64,000 bases of DNA. It comes from an uncultured delta proteobacterium. GTDB taxonomy: Bacteria > Desulfobacterota > Syntrophia > Syntrophales > UBA2185. The first letter of the stretch is position 1. Every line of letters starts with the position of its first letter. The translations under genes were made by a program, and so were the position numbers. Location: NCBI GenBank assembly GCA_963729715.1, contig CAVSPA010000003.1:96001-160000 (forward strand). The letters are read 5' to 3'. Shown here one piece after another: positions 1 to 9,358 of the stretch. The notes below the pieces were generated by a model. That model had not been told where the DNA came from and ran no database searches. It was given only the letters and a program-made list of their open reading frames with translations.

Positions 1-854
1 ATCTTGGCGACAATCCAGGTGATTGCGTAAAATGCACCCAAGAGAACGACATCCGCTGGACCGACAGGCAAATCCAATCTATATGCGATGCAGAAACCGA
101 GGAAAGCGGCCACGCCACCGATAGAAGGGGCCAGCAGCGTAAACTGGTACATGTTGCGAACAACGAGGTGCGCCGTCAAAGCAGGAATCAGAAGGAAACC
201 GAACGCGATCAGCGGGCCGACGCTGAGCACTGCCATCGAAACAGTCAGGCCGATCAGTAAATAGAGCAGCACGTCCCAGAAAATGACATTCTTGCGCAGG
301 ATGATTGCCATCTCGCGGTCAAACGAGACAAGGAGCAACTCCTTGTGGAACAGTCCCAGCACTATGATGACGAGCGTAAGCGTGGCCGCCGTCAGCCCAA
401 GATCGAAATTGGAGATGGCGATGACCTCTCCTTTCAGCATATCGAGCCAACCGATTTCGCCGTAAGGGTTTTTTGACAGCAACAGAATGCTCATCGCGGC
501 GGCCACCACGTATGCGGTGCCAAGTCGGCCTTCGGGTTGTCCACGCCCGCCTCTTTCCAAAAACGCCAGCACCATGATCGCGGTCAACGAGAATGTAATT
601 GAGCCGACAAACGCAAGCGTGTGCGCGCTGTGTGAGCTATGTTCGGACAGATTGAATCCGAGCCACAATGGAAGCGAGAGGGCGATAGCAACGCCTGTCG
701 AAGAAATCTGCGGCAGCGCCACGCCCAAGAACACCAGTCGGCGCAGCACGAGAAACACTCCCACGAGCGGGCAGGCGAGACCAACGAGCACGCTGGTGTA
801 TATCGAATTGCGCAGGAGAAAATCGGGTGAGAGAATCTGATAAAGTGTTTCCAT
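1..854 (-). CDS. Metal ABC transporter permease (ZnuB/MntB family), 3' end outside window
   Basis: ATG at 852-854 reads METLYQILSPDFLLRNSIYTSVLVGLACPLVGVFLVLRRLVFLGVALPQISS; hydrophobic; directly follows the ABC ATPase. Confidence 0.9.
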   Translation of the reverse strand, partial: METLYQILSPDFLLRNSIYTSVLVGLACPLVGVFLVLRRLVFLGVALPQISSTGVAIALSLPLWLGFNLSEHSSHSAHTLAFVGSITFSLTAIMVLAFLERGGRGQPEGRLGTAYVVAAAMSILLLSKNPYGEIGWLDMLKGEVIAISNFDLGLTAATLTLVIIVLGLFHKELLLVSFDREMAIILRKNVIFWDVLLYLLIGLTVSMAVLSVGPLIAFGFLLIPALTAHLVVRNMYQFTLLAPSIGGVAAFLGFCIAYRLDLPVGPADVVLLGAFYAITWIVAK

Positions 855-855
855 A

Positions 856-1569
856 TTAGGCTATCTCCATTTCAAACATTTTCGCCATGCGTTCAGCAGT
901 TAGAAGTTCTTGAGTTGCGCCGTGGGACATCTTGCCTTCGTGCAGCCAGATGACTTGCTCAGCATAGTGACGCACCGCTGCAAAGTCGTGTGTGACGAGA
1001 ATGACCGTAATTTTCCTTTCTTTGTGGATCTGCGAAATAAACTCCAGCACCAAATGCTTTGTTTCACGGTCCACACTCACGGTGGGCTCATCCAGCACCA
1101 ATACATCGGGGCGCGTCGTCAGGGCGCGGGCAATGAGCACACGCTGTTTCTGGCCGCCTGAGAGTTCGGCAAAGCGCCGATGGGCAAGCCCCTCAGCACC
1201 TGCCGCACGCAGGCATTCGCGAGTGAAGGCGCGTTCGACCTGGGGGACGATACGTCCCGGCCGGACTCGCCCGTACACGCCCATAAGGGCGACGCCGAAC
1301 CCCGTGAGCAGATAAATCGGGTCGAACTGAAAAGCTTGAGGGACGTAGCCGAACTCGAGCGGTGCACCTGTCGATCCGGTATTGATGCGACCCGCGACTG
1401 GTGGAAGCAGTCCAAGCACCGTCTTGATCAGCGTCGATTTCCCCGAGCCATTGGCACCGAGAATGGCGGTGAAACTGGCACGGGCAATAGAGAGTGAAAT
1501 GCCGGACAGCACAGGTTGGTTGTTATAGCCGATACTCAGGTTGTACAGCGTGATGAGTGCTTCATTCAT
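856..1569 (-). CDS. Metal ABC transporter ATP-binding protein (ZnuC-like)
   Basis: Walker A GANGSGKS, signature LSGGQ, Walker B LVLDEP, H-loop LVTHD. Confidence 0.95.
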   Translation of the reverse strand: MNEALITLYNLSIGYNNQPVLSGISLSIARASFTAILGANGSGKSTLIKTVLGLLPPVAGRINTGSTGAPLEFGYVPQAFQFDPIYLLTGFGVALMGVYGRVRPGRIVPQVERAFTRECLRAAGAEGLAHRRFAELSGGQKQRVLIARALTTRPDVLVLDEPTVSVDRETKHLVLEFISQIHKERKITVILVTHDFAAVRHYAEQVIWLHEGKMSHGATQELLTAERMAKMFEMEIA

Positions 1570-1580
1570 AGTCTGTTGTG

Positions 1581-1611
1581 TGTGTCCGCCCGGAAAGCAC
1601 GGGCGGACACA
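1581..1611. other. Intercistronic 12-bp perfect stem-loop between binding protein and ATPase genes
   Basis: TGTGTCCGCCCG-gaaagca-CGGGCGGACACA; position typical of mRNA-stabilising or attenuating hairpins in ABC operons. Confidence 0.7.
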
Positions 1612-1623
1612 TTCTCCTTATTT

Positions 1624-2556
1624 TTATTTTCTCGATTGTACGGCAGTGACCGTTGTATTAATAATGTAATCCATCATCTTGATGTACGTTTCCGTATGCG
1701 GTACGCCGCCCGGCATAATGGGGAGAGTTATCATGGTTGCGCCGGTCTGCTCGGCGATTCTTTTTGGCACCTTTTCAGGAAACTGCGGCTCGCGCACGAC
1801 GATGGCAACATGCTCGGCCTTCATTGCTGTGACCAATTCCTGGATGTGACGCGGGGTCGGGTCGATACCCGGCTTCAGCTCAATCGTGCCGAAATAGTTC
1901 AAGCCGAAGCGTGCCGCGAAGTATGGCCAATGCTCGTGGTAGGATACAAACTTCGTCCCCCTGAGTGGCTTAACCGCTTTCTCCCATTCGGCAATCTTGG
2001 CATTGAGTTTGGTGAGATAAGCGTCGCGATTGCGCGTGAATTCAGCTTTATGCTGCGGCGCAAACGCCACCAGTGCGTTATAGATGTTCGCGATCGCAGT
2101 CTCTGCCAATACTGGATCGAGCACGTAGTGCGGATTGCCGTAGGGATGAACGTCGCCTTCGGAATGATCGGTTGATTTGGGCACGTCGCGCGGGATGATC
2201 CCCTTGGAGCAGTCAACATAACCGGGCTTATATATCTGAATACGCGGGTTCTTGCTCGCCTCCAGGAGAGCGGGAAGGAAGGCGTGCTCGCAATCAAACC
2301 CCACCAGGATCATCAGGTCCGCCCGGTTCATCATCGGCACGAAGCTCGGTTTCATCGGCACCCCGTGGGTGTCTTCGACGCCGGTCGCCAGGCTGTGAAC
2401 GTCGACCAGGTCGCCGCCGACGGCACGCGCAAAATCCGCCAGGTCGGTAAGCGTTGTAACGACGCGGATCTTCTCGGCGTGAGCGGGGGTTGCCCACCCG
2501 CACAATACACCGGTGAGCGCGATGATAAATAATAGACAATATAACTTAGATTTCAT
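1624..2556 (-). CDS. Metal ABC transporter substrate-binding protein (ZnuA/TroA family)
   Basis: Signal peptide MKSKLY..AHA; VVTT; DTHG; GDVHPYGNPHY; SYHEHWPYF; start placed at ATG 2556 after a GGAG RBS. Confidence 0.92.
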   Translation of the reverse strand: MKSKLYCLLFIIALTGVLCGWATPAHAEKIRVVTTLTDLADFARAVGGDLVDVHSLATGVEDTHGVPMKPSFVPMMNRADLMILVGFDCEHAFLPALLEASKNPRIQIYKPGYVDCSKGIIPRDVPKSTDHSEGDVHPYGNPHYVLDPVLAETAIANIYNALVAFAPQHKAEFTRNRDAYLTKLNAKIAEWEKAVKPLRGTKFVSYHEHWPYFAARFGLNYFGTIELKPGIDPTPRHIQELVTAMKAEHVAIVVREPQFPEKVPKRIAEQTGATMITLPIMPGGVPHTETYIKMMDYIINTTVTAVQSRK

Positions 2557-2569
2557 ATTGAATTTCTCC

Positions 2570-4039
2570 TTAACGTTGCTGCCAGCCATGCGAGTGTGAG
2601 CCGATGATCCATGCCCACTGCAGATAAACGGCATTATCGTCGGGCCTGCCGGACGCGGCGTTGCGCTCGGTGTACGTGTACTGAAGGCGCAGTTGACTCC
2701 AGTGACTCATTACCCAGGTGATGTAAGGCGAGTAGGCGTAGGTTTTGTCTTCATTATTCACCTGGTTCTCTACATATTCAAACAGGAACCCGGTTGACCA
2801 CTGGCGATGGAACTTGTACGTGAGATACGAGTACAGTCCGAGGGAGCCGACGGACTGGCTGGGGAGGGGGGTTCCCGATGGATCGGTTACGTCGTAGCGG
2901 TTATCGCTGTAGAGCACTTCCGTGCCCCATGTGAGGCTTTCGAACTGATTGTTGCGCAGCGGCTTGTAGCTTACAACCCAGTCTACTCCCCAAAGGCGTC
3001 GCTCGCGTTCGGTGAAGGTGTTGCCGGCTACTGTAGGAAGCGGAGGATTAACACCGCCGGGGTCTGCCCACTGTGCATCCGTACTTGGATTCCACAGGAC
3101 TGAAATGCCTGGTTCGAATGAGATATCGGGAGTCAGGTCGAAATATGTGGACAAGCGGCTCCAGTAATTTAACCCGCTGCCGTTACGGAAATCGCCGACA
3201 TAGTTTGGCGGATTATCGCCACCGAACTGATTGCCCACGCCGACGGTCAGGCTCACGTAGTGCTCGATCGGCACCAGCCAATTAAGCTGCAATCCGTCCG
3301 TCCTAGATTCACCGCCGATATATTGGGCGAGCGGCAGCGGACGGTTGACGAATGGCAGTTCATGGTCATGAATATACCCCAGTCGGCCGAACTCGCCGAA
3401 GAACCGTCCTGCCTTCAGCTCCAGGTTCCACGGCAGCGACGTCGTCTGCAGCGCGGCCTCTTCGACTCCCAAAGTCGCTTCGCCGGTAATCGGGTCGGCT
3501 GACGCGTTGACCACCGCGTAGGCCTTGGCAAACGGGTCCACAGCCGCCGCCACATTCAATTCCATTGAACGTTGAAACATATCAAACCCGCCGGGACGAT
3601 CGCTTCCCGTCTGCGTCGATCCCTTACTGCGATAACCGAAGACTGTCTCACCCACGAGCCCGATGGAGGGATTGAAAATGCCCGGGGAAGTCCTCGTCTG
3701 AGCTTCGGCCACCTGCTCCACCTTCTCCTTCAGCTCTTGCACTTGCTGCCGAATATCGCCTGACGGCGCCGCCTGCTCGGCAGCAACGCCCTCAGGCTGT
3801 GATGAGGGATACATCCGTTTGACCTCGGCCTTCAAATCTTCAATCATCTTTCGCTGCTCATCAATAGTTTGCGCCTGCTTCTTTAGGGTTTCCTGGAGGA
3901 CTTTTTGCTCCTGGATGATCTTTCCCTGCTTCTCAAGCGTTTCTTCGAGGGCTTTCAGTCGATCTTCCAAGGTTTGAGCAAATACGCCCGTGGAAAATAA
4001 AAAAACACAAAGCGTGATGAACGTGGTCATGATTTTCAT
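2570..4039 (-). CDS. Outer-membrane beta-barrel protein of a metal uptake system, with N-terminal coiled coil
   Basis: Signal peptide, coiled-coil region, alternating aromatic beta-strands, His motifs HDHELPF and C-terminal IGSHSHGW; operonic with the ZnuABC-like genes. Confidence 0.75.
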   Translation of the reverse strand: MKIMTTFITLCVFLFSTGVFAQTLEDRLKALEETLEKQGKIIQEQKVLQETLKKQAQTIDEQRKMIEDLKAEVKRMYPSSQPEGVAAEQAAPSGDIRQQVQELKEKVEQVAEAQTRTSPGIFNPSIGLVGETVFGYRSKGSTQTGSDRPGGFDMFQRSMELNVAAAVDPFAKAYAVVNASADPITGEATLGVEEAALQTTSLPWNLELKAGRFFGEFGRLGYIHDHELPFVNRPLPLAQYIGGESRTDGLQLNWLVPIEHYVSLTVGVGNQFGGDNPPNYVGDFRNGSGLNYWSRLSTYFDLTPDISFEPGISVLWNPSTDAQWADPGGVNPPLPTVAGNTFTERERRLWGVDWVVSYKPLRNNQFESLTWGTEVLYSDNRYDVTDPSGTPLPSQSVGSLGLYSYLTYKFHRQWSTGFLFEYVENQVNNEDKTYAYSPYITWVMSHWSQLRLQYTYTERNAASGRPDDNAVYLQWAWIIGSHSHGWQQR

Positions 4040-4132
4040 TATAGACACCTCCATCGTTTTGCAAAGATAAAGTGCAACTGTTCAAACCTCTCTGTCGGTT
4101 TGGCAGCCTAAGACATTACTTGGATTGATAGA

Positions 4133-4423
4133 TTACGCCTGCGAAGTTAAGGGAGGTGCCCTGTAGGCAAATGTGGGAAAAATCGGCCAGGAAATGTCGA
4201 TTATTTCCGTGTATGAATAAAGATAAGATATATCCTGCTGGAAGGTAAAACCGGCATCACCCTCCGCACCTGCACAGCAAGACGGACCGCTTGCCACGCA
4301 TATAGGGCAATCCGAATGCCGACAACTGTCTTCGTGATGATGAAATCCGATTATGATGATAGAGAAAAGGAAAATGAGAGAAAAAAGGAATACTATTTTC
4401 TGGCGGTGCAATATTGAAAACAT
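4133..4423 (-). CDS. DUF2946-like small protein / putative metal-responsive leader peptide (TM, HHH, CxxC, RAPP)
   Basis: Hydrophobic N-terminus, HHHEDSCRHSDCPIC, C-terminal YRAPP; first ORF of the metal uptake operon. Confidence 0.75.
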   Translation of the reverse strand: MFSILHRQKIVFLFSLIFLFSIIIIGFHHHEDSCRHSDCPICVASGPSCCAGAEGDAGFTFQQDISYLYSYTEIIDISWPIFPTFAYRAPPLTSQA

Positions 4424-4453
4424 GAATGTAAATTACAGACTATTTCCGTTTTT

Positions 4454-4469
4454 GTAAATACTTATTTAC
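4454..4469. promoter_or_regulatory. AT-rich inverted repeat upstream of the metal uptake operon (possible Fur/Zur-family operator)
   Basis: GTAAATA-ct-TATTTAC; a second palindrome TGTAA-a-TTACA lies just upstream of the start codon. Confidence 0.35.
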
Positions 4470-4620
4470 GGGGCTTCTTTATTTCCAATTGAAACGTCGT
4501 ATTGAAAGCCAGGAAACAAAATTCTCTCTTCCCTAGAAGCAATTGACCCCGGTGCTACGCAACGGTGTTATTCATGGAAGAAACTGGCTTTATTAAATAC
4601 AATTTTATAAAGTAGGCAGC

Positions 4621-4794
4621 GGGTGCGCCCCGGCAGTCAATATCGACTCCTCACTGGTGTTTTCATACCCGTCTAGAAGCATGGTACCGAGTTTTCTTTG
4701 GTTATTACATTGGTGACAAATCATGTCTTTTCGGCATGTCAGATCCCGTTCAGGAGATTAACCGTTTTTTACCGACTCGGGCCGGGGCATGCCC
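4621..4794 (+). ncRNA. Putative IS110 bridge RNA
   Basis: Closing stem GGGTGCGCCCCGGC/GCCGGGGCATGCCC, internal hairpins; CTAGAAGCA (4673-4681) and TCAGGAGA (4750-4757) match the left (4533-4541) and right (6247-6254) junctions. Confidence 0.65.
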
Positions 4795-4819
4795 CAAAAA
4801 CCAATCAGGGGGCAAGTTT

Positions 4820-6220
4820 ATGGGGAACAGTCTTAAAAGGCAACAAAAGAAGTTATCCGTCCAATCTAAGGATTCCGGTATGCTATCCAAGCTTAATTTA
4901 AATGCCGCCGGCATAGATATCGGTGCAGAGGAGCATTATGTCGCCGTCCCCGAAGATCGTGATAAGCGTCCCGTGCGTCCCTTCCGTTGTTTTACATCCG
5001 ATCTTCATGCGATGGCCCAGTGGCTGAAAGAGTGCCGAATCGATAGTGTTGCCATGGAGTCAACGGGTGTTTATTGGATCCCGGTGTTTCAAATTCTTGA
5101 GACTTACGGGTTTGAGGTCAAACTGGTTAATGCCCGGCATGTGAAGAATGTTCCCGGCCGTAAATCGGATGTTCAGGATTGCCAATGGCTGCAAAATCTC
5201 CATGCCTACGGTCTTTTAAGCGGTTCGTTTCGACCGGAAGACCAGATTTGTGTTATGAGGAGTTATTGGCGCCATCGTGACAATCTTCTTCGTTATGCAT
5301 CCTCTCATATCCTGCATATGCAGAAGGCGCTTACGGAGATGAATATCCAGTTGCACAAAGTCATCTCGGACATTACCGGTGTTACCGGCATGCGTATTGT
5401 TCGTGCCATCATTGCCGGTGAACGTGACCCCCTTGTTTTGGCCGACATGAGAGATCGCCGTATTATGTGCAGTGTCCAGGACATCGTCAAATCTCTGGAA
5501 GGGGACTATCGTGAAGAACATATGTTTGCTTTAAAGCAGGCCGTTGAACTTTATGATTTTTATCACCAGAAGATTGAAGCCTGCGACCGGCAGATAGAGA
5601 ATTGTTTGGCCCAATTCGACTCCAAATTAGACATAAACACTAACCCGGTGCCTCCTTCAAAAAAGGCAAACAGAAAGCGAAGACGCAACGAGCCTAAAAT
5701 CGATTTGCATACTCACTTATACCGGATAACCGGCGCCGATTTAACCCGGATTGACGGGTTGGATGTAATGACTGTCCAGACGGTCATTAGCGAGGTTGGC
5801 CTTAATCCTGGATCTTTCCCTACGGAGAAGCATTTTGCATCCTGGCTGGGATTATGCCCGGATAATCGCATTACCGGCGGAAAAGTAAAATCCAGTAAAA
5901 CCCGTAAAGTGGTAAATCGAGCCGCTGAAGCCTTTCGTATGGCCGCTGAATCTTTGCACAGCAGCGCAAGTGCCTTAGGCGCATATTACCGCCGTATGCG
6001 TGCGAGGCTTGGGGCACCCAAAGCGATTACCGCGACAGCCCATAAGCTTGCCCGCATATTCTATCGTCTTTGGAAAAACGGAGAAGCCTATCTGGACCCC
6101 GGAGTAGACTATTATGAACAAAAATACAAAGAACGAGTAATTAAAAATATTAAAACTAAAGCCAAACAATTAGGTTATGCCATTACTTTGGAACCTCTCG
6201 CTAGCAATGTACGTTCTTAG
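4820..6220 (+). CDS. IS110 family transposase/recombinase
   Basis: GIDIG, AMESTGVYW, RKSDVQDC (DEDD RuvC-like domain); FASWLGLCP and A(H)KLAR in the Tnp20-like domain. Confidence 0.96.
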   Translation: MGNSLKRQQKKLSVQSKDSGMLSKLNLNAAGIDIGAEEHYVAVPEDRDKRPVRPFRCFTSDLHAMAQWLKECRIDSVAMESTGVYWIPVFQILETYGFEVKLVNARHVKNVPGRKSDVQDCQWLQNLHAYGLLSGSFRPEDQICVMRSYWRHRDNLLRYASSHILHMQKALTEMNIQLHKVISDITGVTGMRIVRAIIAGERDPLVLADMRDRRIMCSVQDIVKSLEGDYREEHMFALKQAVELYDFYHQKIEACDRQIENCLAQFDSKLDINTNPVPPSKKANRKRRRNEPKIDLHTHLYRITGADLTRIDGLDVMTVQTVISEVGLNPGSFPTEKHFASWLGLCPDNRITGGKVKSSKTRKVVNRAAEAFRMAAESLHSSASALGAYYRRMRARLGAPKAITATAHKLARIFYRLWKNGEAYLDPGVDYYEQKYKERVIKNIKTKAKQLGYAITLEPLASNVRS

Positions 6221-6407
6221 GAAACCCTTATTGGACGTGAAGTTTCTCAGGAGAGGAAGTAGGTGAGGGTTTTGAGTTCACATATTTATCCTCAATTTAT
6301 GTGATGGGATCATACCGACGATTACCATTTGAAATGCACATATATATGTCAGGATAAGCGGCAATCCGTGAGTTTATGAAAGCCCCTACCGGAAATCAAC
6401 ATAGAGG

Positions 6408-7001
6408 TCATTTTATAGGAGACCCATCATAAAATAATTCAAAGGATTGTATCCCGTTAAGAAAACTCGGAGCGGTTCTTTGATGGTCCCCCCTGTATAC
6501 GGGTTTAAATTCTAATCTTGAGATTCCGTCTTTCACAAATATGTCAAACTCTCCTGCATATTCGTCTTCCGGAACACCTAAAAATAATTTATGCGGACCT
6601 GTTGCCAAACTTATTTTCTTGTTAAGGATATATCTGGTGCCTCTGCCGCCATCAGGTATCCTTTCACCTTCTTCATCATACGGCGAGGTAACTTCCTCTT
6701 GTCCATCGATCTTCCATACGGCAGCTTGTCCGTCGATATTAAATACGAATGGAAATCGCGGTTTTCCGGAAAATGAATCGTTTGACTCCCATAGATAATA
6801 TCCTGCGGGCAGAGTTTTAATAGACGCTTTAATAATGACATTCGCATGGCCGCCGGGGATCGCCTCGCCATTCTTGATCTCAATAAACACATCCGATCTC
6901 GTACTTAGAGATTTTGCATTTATTTCTTTTAAAGCGCGTCCGCACCCGGGAAGCAGGACTACCAACAAAACAGAGAAAAGAATCATGGATGTTTTCTTCA
7001 T
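6408..7001 (-). CDS. Hypothetical lipoprotein
   Basis: 197-aa ORF with lipobox-like LLPGC after a hydrophobic leader. Confidence 0.7.
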   Translation of the reverse strand: MKKTSMILFSVLLVVLLPGCGRALKEINAKSLSTRSDVFIEIKNGEAIPGGHANVIIKASIKTLPAGYYLWESNDSFSGKPRFPFVFNIDGQAAVWKIDGQEEVTSPYDEEGERIPDGGRGTRYILNKKISLATGPHKLFLGVPEDEYAGEFDIFVKDGISRLEFKPVYRGDHQRTAPSFLNGIQSFELFYDGSPIK

Positions 7002-7232
7002 TCTGATGCCCCCGATAACGTTTTCAGATCATGACCATTCTTCTTTCGAAACACTCCAATAATGAGCAGGACTGAAAAAAAGAGTGCACTCAGTGAAGCG
7101 ACTATAACGAGGGCTACAGGCAAATCCCATTTATACGAGGCGACAATTCCAAATGTGCTTGAGACAAGGCCGAGCAGCCACCCGGTAATCAGCACCTTAA
7201 TAGGCTTCCGCGTGAAAAGCCGCCCGGTAAAG
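6998..7232 (-). pseudogene. C-terminal remnant of a second metal ABC permease
   Basis: FTGRLFTRKPIKVLITGWLLGLVSSTFGIVASYKWDLP resembles the ZnuB-type permease tail (SY..DLP); N-terminal part missing. Confidence 0.6.
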
Positions 7233-7472
7233 AATTACAGAATGTAAACTGCCCTCGTCCATTTGTCCCTGGCTCATTCTTTTCGCTTGTTCGTCAATCC
7301 ACGTACGGACACTTGGCTGAACCTTTGGTGCCAACTTAGCATGAAGCGCCATTGCCTCAGGGGGAATTTCCGCTGGACGAACAGTATTAGCGGCGCACAG
7401 CATGCTCGGTAGCAACGCTAACAGCAACGATAGTAACAGAACACGAGCATTACGTAAGATACACGTTCTCAT
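7197..7472 (-). CDS. Secreted hypothetical protein, probably truncated
   Basis: Signal-peptide-like N-terminus with GGAGG RBS; 3' end runs out of frame into the permease remnant. Confidence 0.4.
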   Translation of the reverse strand: MRTCILRNARVLLLSLLLALLPSMLCAANTVRPAEIPPEAMALHAKLAPKVQPSVRTWIDEQAKRMSQGQMDEGSLHSVILYRAAFHAEAY

Positions 7473-7852
7473 AGTCGTTCTGCCCTCCTACGGATATTTT
7501 ATTGCATTCAACCTGAGCAAAAACAATTTATCCGGCAAACCATGGTTATTCATGCGCTTCATAGCATCGAGCCCTGCAAGTGTGGCTAGGCATTCTTATT
7601 TATAAGAAATCGCCTTATCATTATTTGATAGTACAAAAGAGAGATTTGCATGTCAACAAGAACAACAACGGGAAATACTGATTTGAATTGAATATCATTT
7701 GACAGGCTTGCCAAATCTCACCCAAGTGAATCTTTTCGCAGGCACAAAATGCATACAAAAATTTACGGCTTCCAGTCAAATTGTGAAAACTATCGGAGGC
7801 ACCGTGAGCAAGTCAATTTATTACTTGATATGTGCGAGATGATCTATATTAA

Positions 7853-8323
7853 TTATTCTGGATACACTTTTTTTAGAAAGTCTGTCATTATAATCACCAC
7901 TGCATTCTGATTATCAGACATGCTCATCTTTGCCTGGGTGCTCACTCTGAATAATTTCACGGGTTCCAATTTTATTGAAATCGAATCAGCGTCAGAAGCG
8001 AAAGTTATTGATGCCTTACTGGGGGAAATGCCGGGTGTTCTTTTTTCGATGTCTGTTGTTAATTTTATTTCCTTTGTGCCTGTTATTCCGGTACGACCAT
8101 CTGTATAGGGAACCTTTTGGATAGTGCACTCATAAGATTTGTCCTTCAGGACAGTTGCAACTTGTGCCAATACTGGATGGATTATATCTTCCACAAATTT
8201 TTCCCATTCTTTGCTTAATTCTTCTTTCTCTCTTTTCCTTATTTCGTCAGCTTCTTCTTTAGATTTCGTTTCCTCCGCTTCTCTTTTATCATGCTGATTA
8301 ATGATGTCCTTAACCCAGTTCAT
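7853..8323 (-). CDS. Hypothetical protein (AT-rich, N-terminal coiled coil)
   Basis: ORF starting MNWVKD after a GGAGG RBS. Confidence 0.6.
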   Translation of the reverse strand: MNWVKDIINQHDKREAEETKSKEEADEIRKREKEELSKEWEKFVEDIIHPVLAQVATVLKDKSYECTIQKVPYTDGRTGITGTKEIKLTTDIEKRTPGISPSKASITFASDADSISIKLEPVKLFRVSTQAKMSMSDNQNAVVIIMTDFLKKVYPE

Positions 8324-8500
8324 AGTTTGACCTCCCGGCATCTTGATAAAGGAAAAGAAAGAAATATCCCTGAATGGCATAGTGCAGCGTCTTCATCTTC
8401 AACAAGCCCTTCCATTTTAGTCTCATTAGAAAGACGTTCTTCAGTAGTCAATACTGTCCGACCTTTTGAAATCCCTTAATCTCTTTTCGCAATCCTGTGT

Positions 8501-8923
8501 TTATACTTTGGCCTTTTTCTTATCCAGGGCGGCATTGAATTTTTCTGCATTTATCACGAATCTTTCGTGAGTCGCCTCGGATATCTTTTCCACATCGTCG
8601 TATGCTTCCATGAAAAACGTCAGTTTGCGTCCTTCCATCTTTTCCAGTTTCCCTTTGACGGTGATCGTCATTCCCGCAGGAGTGGCTGCTGTATGGGTCA
8701 TATTAATGCCGACACCAACGCTCTGTTCATTCGGCCAGTCGAGATGAGGGTTCGTGGCCTTGATACAGGAAAATTCAAAGAGCGCTAAAAGAAAGCCCGT
8801 CGCAAAGACCTTGGGCATGATATGCCCCTCACTGAATTCCGGATAAATATAGGGCACGGTCTTGTTCTCCGGAACCTTGTACTTGAACTCCACGGTCAGT
8901 CCGGGCTGCAAGGAATCTTTCAT
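8501..8923 (-). CDS. Thioesterase, FlK (fluoroacetyl-CoA thioesterase)-like hotdog fold
   Basis: VFATGF..ALFE, SVG..INMTHTAATP, HERFVIN. Confidence 0.88.
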   Translation of the reverse strand: MKDSLQPGLTVEFKYKVPENKTVPYIYPEFSEGHIMPKVFATGFLLALFEFSCIKATNPHLDWPNEQSVGVGINMTHTAATPAGMTITVKGKLEKMEGRKLTFFMEAYDDVEKISEATHERFVINAEKFNAALDKKKAKV

Positions 8924-9100
8924 GGCAAACCTCCATTTTGAAATTTAAACGGCATTGCCCGCAATAAAGCGAAATTTTCCCAAGAAGTCAAACATAAAAA
9001 ATAGCCGCTCCTAGGCCATTATGTGGTAATCGGAAGTGGCAAAGACCGGCCGGAAGTGCTATTAATAATCAAGTGCGCCGGATTGCCAATGAGGAACTCT

Positions 9101-9358
9101 ATGGACGATCATACTGCCTTGAGTCAACTTGAAGGACTGGCATATATGCTCGGCATTCCCGTACGCTATGAAAAAATCGCGGAGGAAGATGTGGCGAATG
9201 CGGGCGGTCTCTGCCGGTTAAAGGGAGAAAGCGTCATAATTGTCAATTCCAGAGCACCCCTGAAAGATAAAATCCAGACCCTCACAAAGGCCCTGAAGAA
9301 TTTTGACCTCCATGATGTCTACGTACGGCCCGCTGTAAGAGAGTTATTGGAAAGATAG
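9101..9358 (+). CDS. Small hypothetical protein
   Basis: GAGG RBS; LGIPVRYE...GGLCRLKGE..IIVN pattern. Confidence 0.65.
   Translation: MDDHTALSQLEGLAYMLGIPVRYEKIAEEDVANAGGLCRLKGESVIIVNSRAPLKDKIQTLTKALKNFDLHDVYVRPAVRELLER

Larger units (their letters stand above)
4540..6253 (+). mobile_element. IS110-family insertion sequence (ends approximate, +/-7 bp)
   Basis: DEDD recombinase, ~280-bp structured left non-coding end, no terminal inverted repeats seen; junctions inferred from matches to guide-like segments. Confidence 0.8.

Noticed and set aside
4610..6263. AAGTAGG direct repeat on both sides of the IS110 transposase as a target-site duplication
   Set aside because: IS110 elements do not normally make such duplications, and the guide-matching junctions explain the ends better
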